NCBI GenBank assembly: GCA_018436705.1
Contig: JAHDLA010000010.1
Span: forward strand, 8,075 to 72,074
DNA length: 64,000 nucleotides
DNA from: Sedimentibacter sp.
GTDB lineage: Bacteria > Bacillota > Clostridia > Tissierellales > Sedimentibacteraceae
Direction: 5' to 3'
Shown piece after piece: positions 19,846 to 29,700 of the stretch. Below the pieces are notes generated by a model. It made no database searches. It had not been told where the DNA came from and saw only the letters and a list, made by a program, of their open reading frames with translations. The stretch's first letter is position 1; each line of letters opens with the position of its first letter. The position numbers and the translations under genes were made by a program.

Positions 19846-21522
19846 CTATTTAATAAGATTTGCAAAGCTCAGCATATTAAAAAGCATTTGGGCTATTTCA
19901 GCTCTGGTAATATTTTTCTGAGATTGTATTTCAATTTCTGACTGATCTAAAATATTTTCATTGTAGCAGAATGCAAGTGATTCTCTGGCCCAATCTGCGG
20001 TTTTCACATAATCTGTAAACTGAGCAAGCACATCTCTCATATTTCCAGAATCCATTTCAGTATCCATTCCGCACAATTTAGCCGACCGAGCAACCATTAC
20101 GGCAGCTTCCTGTTTTGTTATAGTACCATTTGGATTAAAAGTTTTGTCGGGATTTCCTGTTACTATTCCATATGTGCTTGCAACTCCTACATATGGTGCA
20201 TACCAATCGTCAGTTTCAACGTCCGTGAAACCATCCTCAGCCTTTGGCTCAAGCCCCAGACCGTTTACGATTATTGTTGCAAATTCGGCTCTTGTCATAG
20301 AAGCTTCCGGATCAAATAATTTTTCTTGTTTTCCGTTTATTATTCCTCTTGCTGCCAATGCTTCAATTGCAGGCTGATTTTTATGAGCATTTAATCCTGT
20401 TATATCATCAAATGTTTTGCCGGGATATCTTATGGACATGGAATCAACATCTTCATTTTTGCCTGGAAGGCCGCTTCCTGCTTTAGGCAGCTCTATGGAA
20501 CCTTCTACCTTAACAGCATCATTCATTCTGTATAAGCTGTTTTTACCATCACGCTGTCTTTTTGCAGCAACCAATCCGTAGAATCCCTGTTCCGATGCCA
20601 TCTGATTAGAACCGCTTCCGCTTGACGTATGCAAGAATCCATTGTCCTCTCTATAAAATGTCATAAGGTTATCAAGCATTGTTTTATCATTTTTTACAAA
20701 TCTTGCATCATCTAAGGGTATACCCAGTTCCGCCAATGCCACTATCATCTGCACACAGCTTTCTGAGTTTTCTGTTCCCCAGCTGGAAAATCCCGCTTCG
20801 GAACTTTGTTTTTTTGACATGCATTCAAGTGCTTCTTCAGTAGCTTTTTTTACGGCTTCAATATGCTGATACTTTGCCAATGCCTGAAGAGCCATACCGG
20901 TTATATCCGGATCTGAAACTCCGTCTCCTGATGCAGCAGCCGATGTTCCTCCAAATAAAGACCATCCTCCGTCCTCTAACTGACAATCCAAAATTCTTTG
21001 TATATACATTTCTCTTGTTGCCTGTGTTTTTGCGTTAGAATTCTGCGGCATTGGATAGTTTCCGGAATCAAGTGCTATCAGAGCCCATATGGGGCCGTTC
21101 ATTCCCTGCCATATAGTCTTGTCGTAATCTCCAAGAGCCGTAAGTAAATTATATCCGCCTACATCTCTGGCATCTTTTCCAATTGAAGACAATGCAACAA
21201 TAATTCTTGAGTATTCTGTGTACTTTTTATCATGAAGATTGCCTTTTAATGATATAACGTAATTTTCAACAGTTGAATAGTACTTCTGATAGTATTCAAC
21301 CGGAACATCATACCCTGATCTTGCAAGGCCAATAACCGCCCACTCGCCTCCTATAGAGCCTACCTGTGGATTTGAAACTGTCTTGTACATATATGCTGCC
21401 GTATTTTCTATAGCAGCATCAAGGGTTGCATCATCAACCGCACCATACGCAGGTATTGAAAAACTTGCCATTATTATAACAGCCATTAATACAGATAAAA
21501 CTTTGTTAAATACTCTTTTCAT
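19846..21522 (-). CDS. Secreted prenyltransferase-like alpha/alpha-barrel protein with 3 SLH domains
   Basis: Signal peptide; QW-type repeats 'CQLEDGGWS', 'DPDITGMALQALA', 'NSESCVQMIVAL'; SLH 'FDPEASMTRAEF', 'FNPNGTITKQE', 'ITRAEIA'. Confidence 0.85.
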   Translation of the reverse strand: MKRVFNKVLSVLMAVIIMASFSIPAYGAVDDATLDAAIENTAAYMYKTVSNPQVGSIGGEWAVIGLARSGYDVPVEYYQKYYSTVENYVISLKGNLHDKKYTEYSRIIVALSSIGKDARDVGGYNLLTALGDYDKTIWQGMNGPIWALIALDSGNYPMPQNSNAKTQATREMYIQRILDCQLEDGGWSLFGGTSAAASGDGVSDPDITGMALQALAKYQHIEAVKKATEEALECMSKKQSSEAGFSSWGTENSESCVQMIVALAELGIPLDDARFVKNDKTMLDNLMTFYREDNGFLHTSSGSGSNQMASEQGFYGLVAAKRQRDGKNSLYRMNDAVKVEGSIELPKAGSGLPGKNEDVDSMSIRYPGKTFDDITGLNAHKNQPAIEALAARGIINGKQEKLFDPEASMTRAEFATIIVNGLGLEPKAEDGFTDVETDDWYAPYVGVASTYGIVTGNPDKTFNPNGTITKQEAAVMVARSAKLCGMDTEMDSGNMRDVLAQFTDYVKTADWARESLAFCYNENILDQSEIEIQSQKNITRAEIAQMLFNMLSFANLIK

Positions 21523-21551
21523 TTTTGCTTCTCCCCCTAAATTTATTATAT

Positions 21552-21812
21552 AAACAAAACACCTGTACTTCCCTTACGAAAATACAGGTGTTAAAATTAA
21601 ATTTGTATAATTGCTATCACAAATTCCTGTACATTATTTTTCACGGGAAAATAATACTACGAAAATATTTAAGTGCGTATCCTGACTAAGATTCATAGCT
21701 TGCTCCGCCTTCCTTGTTAGTGGCACCTGGAGTTCGCTCATCAACACAGTAACCCGATTGTCCGGGATTCTCACCCGGTTCCGCTTCTTAAATATTAATC
21801 ATGCAAATGTTT
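21552..21812 (-). promoter_or_regulatory. Cobalamin riboswitch (variant, copy 1) with P13 and intrinsic terminator
   Basis: GCGGAACCGGGTGAGAATCCCGG...ACTGTG...GCCACT...GGAAGG...AGTCAGGATACGC; closing stem AATATTTAAG/CTTAAATATT; P13 ~21631-21657; terminator 21552-21592. Confidence 0.85.
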
Positions 21813-21821
21813 TATATACAT

Positions 21822-21850
21822 ATATTAACATCAGATTGACAGCATGTCAA
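21822..21850 (-). promoter_or_regulatory. sigma-A promoter of riboswitch copy 1
   Basis: TTGACA-N17-TAATAT with extended -10 TG. Confidence 0.75.
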
Positions 21851-22001
21851 TCTGTATCATATCAATACAAATATAAAGAAATTAAGCATGTTCAATTATA
21901 ATTATATTCATACTAAAATACCGTATATTAAAAAACCTCACAGTACAGCACAAACTTTACGTAATGCGTAGCCTCTGAGGAATTTTAAGTTTTACCCTTC
22001 T

Positions 22002-23456
22002 TTATTTCAATCTTTTTAGTACTTCACATAAAAATTCGAATACTCTTTTAGTAGAAGAAATACTTAAATGTTCATTCGGGGTATGGACATCATACATATC
22101 CGGTCCCATCGAAATCATATCTATATCCCCTATTTTTTCTTTTAAGAATCCGCATTCTAACCCTGCATGAATTGCCGCTATTTCTGTATTTTTCCCAAAC
22201 ATATCCTTGTACGTCTTAACCATTAAATCCCTGATTGGAGAATCATTCTTAAACTGCCATGCAGGATAGCCAGACTCAAATTTAACTTCAGCTCCAACTG
22301 CTTCGCCTATTGCTTTAAGCCTGCCGCATATTTCTTCTTGACGGCTTTTCACAGAACTTCTGATGGAATTTCGGATAATTATTAAATTATCCTTAGTTTC
22401 TAATATTCCTATATTATTTGATGTTTCAACCAATCCTTCAATATCCGTACTCATTGCCTGCACACCAAAAGGAAGGAGACGTAACGTATTTATCAGCCTT
22501 TTCTTTGAATCAGTATCTAATATACTTTGCTTATTATCCTCAATATTTAGATTTATAATAATATCAGGATCCGATATACTGTACTCATTTCTGAAAGTAT
22601 CCTGTACATTCTTAACAATCTCCCTAAATCTATCCTGCTTATCCCTATGTACAGACAAAACTGCTGCTGCATTTTTGGGTATCGCATTCATCTTAACTCC
22701 ACCCTGAACATATGAAATTCCAATTCCAACTTGCTCTTCAAGAGTTTGAAGCAATCTGCCCAGTAAAACAATTGCACTGGCTCTATTTTTATTGATTTCC
22801 ATTCCTGAATGACCGCCAAGCAGTCCCCTTACAGAAACTCCGTAAAAAACATCCTCATCTTTGGTGTTTTCTCGATCTACATGCAATGCCATATGGCTGT
22901 CTACTCCTCCGGCACATGACGCCCAAAATTTACCTTCTTCTTCAGAATCCATGTTTATAAGTATGTCCCCTGATACAACTCCGGGTTCTAAATTCATAAC
23001 ACCGTCCATACCCATTTCTTCTGATACGGTAAACAGTGCTGTAATCGGAGGGTGCTGCAAGTTTTCAGATTCTAAAATTGACATTGCCATAGCTACCGCT
23101 ATTCCATTATCAGCCCCTAAGGTGGTCCCTTTAGTTCTTATCATGTCGCCGTCCACAATCAACGGAATGGGATCCTTGAAAAAATCGAATTCAATATCTT
23201 CTTCCTTTACGGCTACCATATCCATATGTCCCTGAAGTATTACCCTTTTGCTATTTTCATACCCAGGTGAGGCATTTTTTCGAATTATTACATTAAGCGA
23301 AGGGTCCTGAATTACTTCAAGTTTATGCTTGTTTGCAAATGAAACCAAAAAATCACTTACTCCTTTTTCATTTCCAGAACCTCTTGGAATACGTGTCAAA
23401 TCTTCAAAATTTTTGAACACCAATTCCGGCTCCAATCCGTTTAATATTTTTTTCAT
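22002..23456 (-). CDS. pepD: Aminoacyl-histidine dipeptidase (M20C)
   Basis: 'ILQGHMDMV', 'TTLGADNG', 'SEEMG', 'INMDSEEE', 'IHAGLECG', 'DVHTPNE'. Confidence 0.92.
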   Translation of the reverse strand: MKKILNGLEPELVFKNFEDLTRIPRGSGNEKGVSDFLVSFANKHKLEVIQDPSLNVIIRKNASPGYENSKRVILQGHMDMVAVKEEDIEFDFFKDPIPLIVDGDMIRTKGTTLGADNGIAVAMAMSILESENLQHPPITALFTVSEEMGMDGVMNLEPGVVSGDILINMDSEEEGKFWASCAGGVDSHMALHVDRENTKDEDVFYGVSVRGLLGGHSGMEINKNRASAIVLLGRLLQTLEEQVGIGISYVQGGVKMNAIPKNAAAVLSVHRDKQDRFREIVKNVQDTFRNEYSISDPDIIINLNIEDNKQSILDTDSKKRLINTLRLLPFGVQAMSTDIEGLVETSNNIGILETKDNLIIIRNSIRSSVKSRQEEICGRLKAIGEAVGAEVKFESGYPAWQFKNDSPIRDLMVKTYKDMFGKNTEIAAIHAGLECGFLKEKIGDIDMISMGPDMYDVHTPNEHLSISSTKRVFEFLCEVLKRLK

Positions 23457-23812
23457 TATTGAGCCTCCTTATTTATTTTATATTTTTTTGTATTCCCGTC
23501 TTTAAACTCTTCAATCGTTCCTTCTGTTATCATTGTTTTAATCAGCCTATCAGCAAAAAGTTTCAAATCTGTAACATGCATTTTACTTTTGCTCCAAAAC
23601 AAAGATGACTTATTCCCTTCTGTTATCCTTCTTATATCTCTATTTGTTAAAATTTTACCGCCCCTCATCTCTTTTAAAACTTTTTCCCGGCTTTTACATA
23701 TAAGCTGATCCATTAATTCATTATTTTTTCTCTGTTCTTTCACATATCCCCACGCATACAAAAAAGCGGTAACCATACCGAACAAAATAATCGCAAAAAT
23801 AATATGAAGCAT
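23456..23812 (-). CDS. Membrane-anchored hypothetical protein
   Basis: N-terminal TM followed by a basic domain; stop overlaps the pepD start. Confidence 0.65.
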   Translation of the reverse strand: MLHIIFAIILFGMVTAFLYAWGYVKEQRKNNELMDQLICKSREKVLKEMRGGKILTNRDIRRITEGNKSSLFWSKSKMHVTDLKLFADRLIKTMITEGTIEEFKDGNTKKYKINKEAQ

Positions 23813-23813
23813 T

Positions 23814-24173
23814 TTAATTTCCCGCCTTTTCTAAGTGAATAATTTTGTTGTTCCTCAATATATTTATATATGTTCCCAATCTTTCATAAAGCGGTTCGGC
23901 CTCTTCTCCGAATTTTTCTTTTAAAAGCTCCCCTATATTCATAACATTATTTGATCCGTCAATATTCATACAAATAAAACTTCCTATTAAATCAAGGTCT
24001 ATTTTAAATTGCTCCGGCGTCTTAAACAATTTTCTGGCTATTTTATCAAGAATGCTATTTCTGGGCACTATAACTTGAATAAGCCCGTCTTCTTTTTGAA
24101 CCCACCGATACCTATCATTTTTCTTAGGTATATATTCCAAAAAATTATCAGATTTCATTATTTTTTTACTCAC
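23814..24173 (-). CDS. PqqD-family (RRE-like) protein
   Basis: 'LDLIGSFICMNIDGSNNVMNIGELLKEKFG...ERL..YI..L' PqqD pattern; GTG 24173 after AAAGGAGG. Confidence 0.8.
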   Translation of the reverse strand: MSKKIMKSDNFLEYIPKKNDRYRWVQKEDGLIQVIVPRNSILDKIARKLFKTPEQFKIDLDLIGSFICMNIDGSNNVMNIGELLKEKFGEEAEPLYERLGTYINILRNNKIIHLEKAGN

Positions 24174-24305
24174 TAAGCTGCCTCCTTTCCGCAATTTGAA
24201 ATTTACATGTGCCTTCCTGCATAACTGTATTATACCACTTTTAAACCAATTAAAGCAAACAATGAGAGGATAGCCAAAATTAACTATCCTCTCATAATTG
24301 AGATA

Positions 24306-26210
24306 CTAATTGACTTTCTTTAACATAGAATGTCTTACAAGCGTATATGTCAGCAGTCCGAATGCAATAATTGACCCTATTGATCCTAGGTTTATGCCCA
24401 TATCAAGATTCAAATTAAATACAGCAAATACAGCTAGTAATATTCCCAATATACCTTCTCCGGCAATTAGTCCTGAACCGAATAAAATTCCCGAATCGAT
24501 TTTAGATTGTATAGTACTAATCTCGCTATCATTTTTAGTCTTTTGCAACCTTGAATCTATAACTCCTCTAACTATGCCGCCTATCATTATACCAACACTA
24601 AGATGTATAGGCAGGTACAGACCTATGGCAATTGGCAGCACAGGAAGTCCAAATATCTGTAGTCCAACTCCCAGGAATATTCCGGCCAATATGAACGTCC
24701 ACGGCAGACTTCCTCCCATAACACCTTCTACGATAACCTTCATTAAGGTTGCCTGCGGCGCCGGCAGCTGAGTAGTACCGAAGCCCCATGCCGAATCTAA
24801 CAAATTTAAAATTCCGCCGATTGCAAAAGCCGCAACTATCGCGCCTATAAATTCACCGTACTGTTGATATTTTGGAGTAGATCCTACAAGAAATCCTGTT
24901 TTTAAATCCTGCGAAGCATCTCCCGCAATTGCCGCAATAATTGCCACTATCGAGCCTACGGTCAGTGCAGCAATCATTCCAGAATGTCCTGTATTTCCTG
25001 TTGCTTTAAATATAAATGCTGTTATAATCAATGTCGCTATGGTCATGCCGGATATTGGATTGTTAGAGCTTCCTATTAATCCAACGATTCTGGACGAAAC
25101 TGTTGCAAAGAAGAAACCGAACAGTGCTACGAGCAACGCTCCGCCAATCCCTACCGGTACAGCCGGCGTCACAACCATTGCTGCAACCATAGCCAAAACA
25201 ATTATAATAATTGTCTTCATAGATAAATCTCTATCGGTTCTGATAGCGCTGTTTCCTCCAACCCCTTTTGAATAGTCCTTCATTGCATCTCTAAATGTTC
25301 TGATTATAAGAGGAAGGGAAGTAACCAGACTGTAGATACCTCCGAAAGCAACTGCTCCTGCACCTACATATTTTATATAATTTCCCCATATATCCCAGTG
25401 ATTCATTTCAATTATAGGATCCAGCGCAGGCGCCATTATGATAGGAGCAAGACTTCCTATATATGTAATAAGCGGTATAAGCACAAACCATCCCAAAACT
25501 GCTCCGCCCAACATATAAGCTGAAATTTTAGGTCCTATAATAAATCCAACACCCAATAGCGAAGGAAGCACATCAACACCTATGGCAGCACCGCTATAGC
25601 CTGGTATCGTAGTTTCTATTTCATTTGGGAATAAATGAAGCCCTTCACATATAAACTTGTATGCTGCTCCGAATCCTAATCCCAGAAAAGTAGTTTTACT
25701 CTTTTCTCCGCCTTCTTCACCAGCAAGCAAAACCTCCGCACATGCTGTTCCTTCAGGATACGGCAACACACCATGCTCCTGAACTATTAAAGCTTTTCTT
25801 AAAGGAACCATAAACACTACTCCGAGAATTCCTCCTATTAATGCAACAACTGTAATTGTCATTATATTAGGAGCCGCTGTTCCCCATTCCTTAGCCCACA
25901 AATAAAGTGCAGGCATTGTAAATATTGTACCTGCAGCAAGTGATTCACCAGCTGAGCCGATAGTCTGTACTATATTATTTTCCAATATTGAATCTCTTTT
26001 TAAGACACCTCTTATAAGTCCCATTGATATTACAGCAGCAGGTATGGAAGCACTTACTGTCATACCTACTCTCAATCCCAAGTATGCATTGGCACCACCA
26101 AAAACTATCGACAACAAAATACCCATAATAATCGATGTTTTTGTAAACTCAGGAAGTATTTTATCCGCAGAAATAAAAGGTTTAAATTCCTGCACATTAC
26201 TATTTTTCAT
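24306..26210 (-). CDS. OPT family oligopeptide transporter
   Basis: 'ANAYLGLRVGMTVSASIPAAV', 'LPYPEGTACA', 'SNNPISG', 'QDLKTG', 'LPAPQA'. Confidence 0.95.
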   Translation of the reverse strand: MKNSNVQEFKPFISADKILPEFTKTSIIMGILLSIVFGGANAYLGLRVGMTVSASIPAAVISMGLIRGVLKRDSILENNIVQTIGSAGESLAAGTIFTMPALYLWAKEWGTAAPNIMTITVVALIGGILGVVFMVPLRKALIVQEHGVLPYPEGTACAEVLLAGEEGGEKSKTTFLGLGFGAAYKFICEGLHLFPNEIETTIPGYSGAAIGVDVLPSLLGVGFIIGPKISAYMLGGAVLGWFVLIPLITYIGSLAPIIMAPALDPIIEMNHWDIWGNYIKYVGAGAVAFGGIYSLVTSLPLIIRTFRDAMKDYSKGVGGNSAIRTDRDLSMKTIIIIVLAMVAAMVVTPAVPVGIGGALLVALFGFFFATVSSRIVGLIGSSNNPISGMTIATLIITAFIFKATGNTGHSGMIAALTVGSIVAIIAAIAGDASQDLKTGFLVGSTPKYQQYGEFIGAIVAAFAIGGILNLLDSAWGFGTTQLPAPQATLMKVIVEGVMGGSLPWTFILAGIFLGVGLQIFGLPVLPIAIGLYLPIHLSVGIMIGGIVRGVIDSRLQKTKNDSEISTIQSKIDSGILFGSGLIAGEGILGILLAVFAVFNLNLDMGINLGSIGSIIAFGLLTYTLVRHSMLKKVN

Positions 26211-26688
26211 ATTTACCTCCAGTATTTATACTTCTAATTTTGTTAATATTTTCACTGTTTTCTATTAGCAAGCATAACTTAACACTTGTTGTTTAAAAGA
26301 AAGCAATATTATTAAATCTTGCATCCTATAAACAAGCAATATACCTATTTGAAATCCTTTTCACTTCTTAAACAAATGATGCATCATTGTGTATTCAAAA
26401 CAAAAACGTTTGCTATTTATTGTTTTTGTTTCACGGTTAAAGTTTAACATATAAGCAATTAGTTGTCAATAAGAAGTATGTACGTTTTTTGAAAATTTAT
26501 GCTTTGTTTAATTTCCTTAAATCAGATAATTAACACAACAGTAATTTCCCTGCATCATTGGGATACATTAACGATTTGTAAAAACTCACTTATAACTTCA
26601 ATTATTTCTTGTATGGGATTCGCAACAGATTCTTTTTTCTCACACATTTATTATAATAAAAGTATGGGAATGACTATCATAAGAATGA

Positions 26689-26730
26689 AATAATAAAGCT
26701 ATCGGTACGAATACCGATAGCTTTATTATT
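26689..26730. terminator. Intrinsic terminator (perfect 19-bp hairpin)
   Basis: AATAATAAAGCTATCGGTA-cgaa-TACCGATAGCTTTATTATT at the stop of the 2113-aa gene. Confidence 0.85.
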
Positions 26731-29700
26731 TACTCTATGTTCTCAATAAATCTTTGCAGCATTGCAGATACCTCTGCTCTAGTAGCATTGCCTTCGGGAT
26801 CAAGGGTTTTATCTTCTCTTCCCGTAATTATTCCGCTGCCTGCCGCCCATTTCATTGCGTCCTCAGACCAGATACTTATTTTATCTCTGTCCGGAAATTC
26901 ATTCATGGCTCCTGATACTTTCTTTGCCTTATCTTTTGAAGAAGCGTATCTGTAAAGTATCACTGCCAGCTGCTCTCTGGTTATATTAGCGTCTGGCCCA
27001 AACTCTGTTTCTGTTATTCCTTTAACTATTTGCTTTTCTGCAGACCATCTTACAGAAGTTTCGTACCACTGCCCGGATGCTACATCAATAAAGCCTGTTC
27101 CGGATGACGGCTGAGGCTTTCCTTCCATCCTGTGGAGCACCGTAACCAGCATTGCTCTTGTCATAGGCATATTAGGGCTGAAGGTACTTTCTCCTGTTCC
27201 GGTAAATAAACCTTTATCAACTGCAAACATTACGCTTTGATAGAACCAGTCATCCTCTGTTACATCTGTAAATATTATGCTGTTGTCGTAGCCTACCACA
27301 TAGTATGACAGGTGGTCTGTGGTAAAGGTTGCAAGTCCTGTTTTTTCATCATATGTGCAGCTTATTTTTTCAAGCTCTCCATCATCATTCATATACCATA
27401 CGGTCACATTTTCCTTAACCTGATTGTCCTTCAATTGGTATGGAAGTGAAATAGTTATTTTTTGCCCTCCGAAGGAAGATATTTTCTGTCCGCTGCTTAT
27501 TATACTGATGTCGTAAACAGTACTGCCTTCTGTAACGGCTCTCTGTTCATCAGTCAGCTTTTCCGGAGCCATGCTTTCCATCACTATCTCCACGCTACTT
27601 CCCTGTGCTTGTTTCAATATTTCAGTCAGAACCTTCTCAGGCATCGACATTGTTCCTACCGATGTTTCAACCTTTAAATCAAGCCTTGCCTCGGAAATTT
27701 CCGCCATAGAGCTCTTCGGAACAACCACTGTGGATTTCGTCACTTCCTCCTTAGTATCCGCTTTAATTGTGATACTGCTCACATCCTCGGCTTTTTCTGC
27801 TTCTGCAATAGCATCCTTTATTTGCTTATTGTCTACTTTTGAGGTTGCTTCCTTGTTAACAACCTTTGTTTCAGCCTGTACATCTATGGTTTCGCCCTCT
27901 ATTATCGGAACTGCATCGCTTCCCACTATCTTGGAAGGGGTACTTCCTGAGCTGAATGCTCCAAGCTCAATTAATCTGTCTATGGCGTCATTGTAGTTTT
28001 TAACATCTCCCACCGTAATGTACAGCTTCTGCTCATCCGTGAGTTTTTTGTATGCCGCATCAGCATCCACAACTGCCTGCTTATCCTTAAGAGTTACCTT
28101 AGATGCCGTAGGTATCTTCTTGAGGAGATCCTTTACCGCTTCTATTTCTCTGAAAAATTCAATTCTCGCTTCTGCTTCATTGAGCTTGTCAATATTTGTA
28201 ACATTGCCCTGCTCCGAAGACGTGAGGATATCATATATGTTCCTTATATTCTTTATTTCATTCTCATAGGAAATATCTATTCTTTTTACTGAAGGCAGAG
28301 CATTTATCAAAGAAACCACACGGCTCGCTCCTTTATCCGGTGATATTATGTCAAGCCTGTACCAAGTACCGGAATAGTTTCGTGCTTCTGTTTCCTGATT
28401 GTTCATAGAAGGCCATGCGTATTCTCCTACTCCTATATTTATATAGTCTCCCGACCTGACAGGTATGAACCGTGTTCTTTTGTAGAAAGACGATCCTTCT
28501 CTGCGGCTTGTTACCTTATCATTAAGAAATGTTTTCACAAGATAATTCCTATTCGCCGCTGTGGGCGTTACCTTAACTCTTCCTGATGATGAAGGCATTA
28601 CCAGCGTATAATTGTAGTTTCCCGAATCAAATAACGGATAAAGTTTGCCTGTGCTCAACTTCAAATCTGCCAATGACGTATCCGAATTCCCCCAGGTTCC
28701 TCCTAAATCCACGCCAAGATTCTGGGTATACATAATGCGTATTTCATCACCGTCGGTAAGTTTTCCGTTTTCATATGAAAATTGCTGGAAACCTTCGTTA
28801 ACAAAGAAGTCATTCAGTGTTCCCATCCATCCGGAACCGGGCTCGCCGCTGAATTCTCCTAATGACTTGCCATTCTTTGTTATGCTTGCAATATACTCTA
28901 TGGTGTATTCATCAACATTGCCTTCCTTGCCGCCCTGTCCTGTCCATCCGAAGCCTGCTTCTGCCAGAGCTCTCAGTACAACAGTCATCATGGTATCATT
29001 CTCGGCAAATTCATATCCGGTCTTTCTCAGGATTGTTCCTGTCCACGCTCCTCCGGAGAAGGTGGTGTTTTCCATGTATAAATCAACTGTTCCGACTACC
29101 TTGCCAAAATCAGGAATATCTCCTTGAGAGATATTTTTCTCAATCGCCGCCATATCGGCTATTATTCTGTCTCTTGCGGCTTCAACGGCAGCTATGGATT
29201 CGGCCACTGAAATTTCGTCTAATCCTGTGTTTTTTATATTTACGAGCTCTGCCCAGTTTTCATCCGTATATTCATAGCTTGTATATGATGAAAACGCATT
29301 GTTTACCGCAATTGCCGCAATTGATTTTGCTGCGGCAAGCTCCGCATCTCCTCCGGGATTGGGGCTGTCTCCAACAGGACCCCAGGTTACCGTTATGATA
29401 ATATCACTGTATGGCATAGTAAAGGTTCTGCCCATATCCAAAACTCGAACTGCACCATAAGGCATACCCTTTTCTTCCCAGTTGAGATCAGTTACAGCCA
29501 ATTCTCTGCTTTCTATTTTGTCAACACCATCTACTGCAACGCTCTTCAGCTCATACGGAACACCCTCTATAAGAATAGTCCTGCCCTTTGCAAGTACATT
29601 ATCTTCCGATACGGGTCCGTCATCAAGCATGATCCAGCCGTTGCCTTCTACATATCCAAAGTTGTAAGCAGGTCCCTGTATCGTCGGATATATATCTATC

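Noticed and set aside
26499-26693. 64-aa ORF as a RiPP precursor for the PqqD protein
   Set aside because: Opposite strand, no RBS, no leader/core character.
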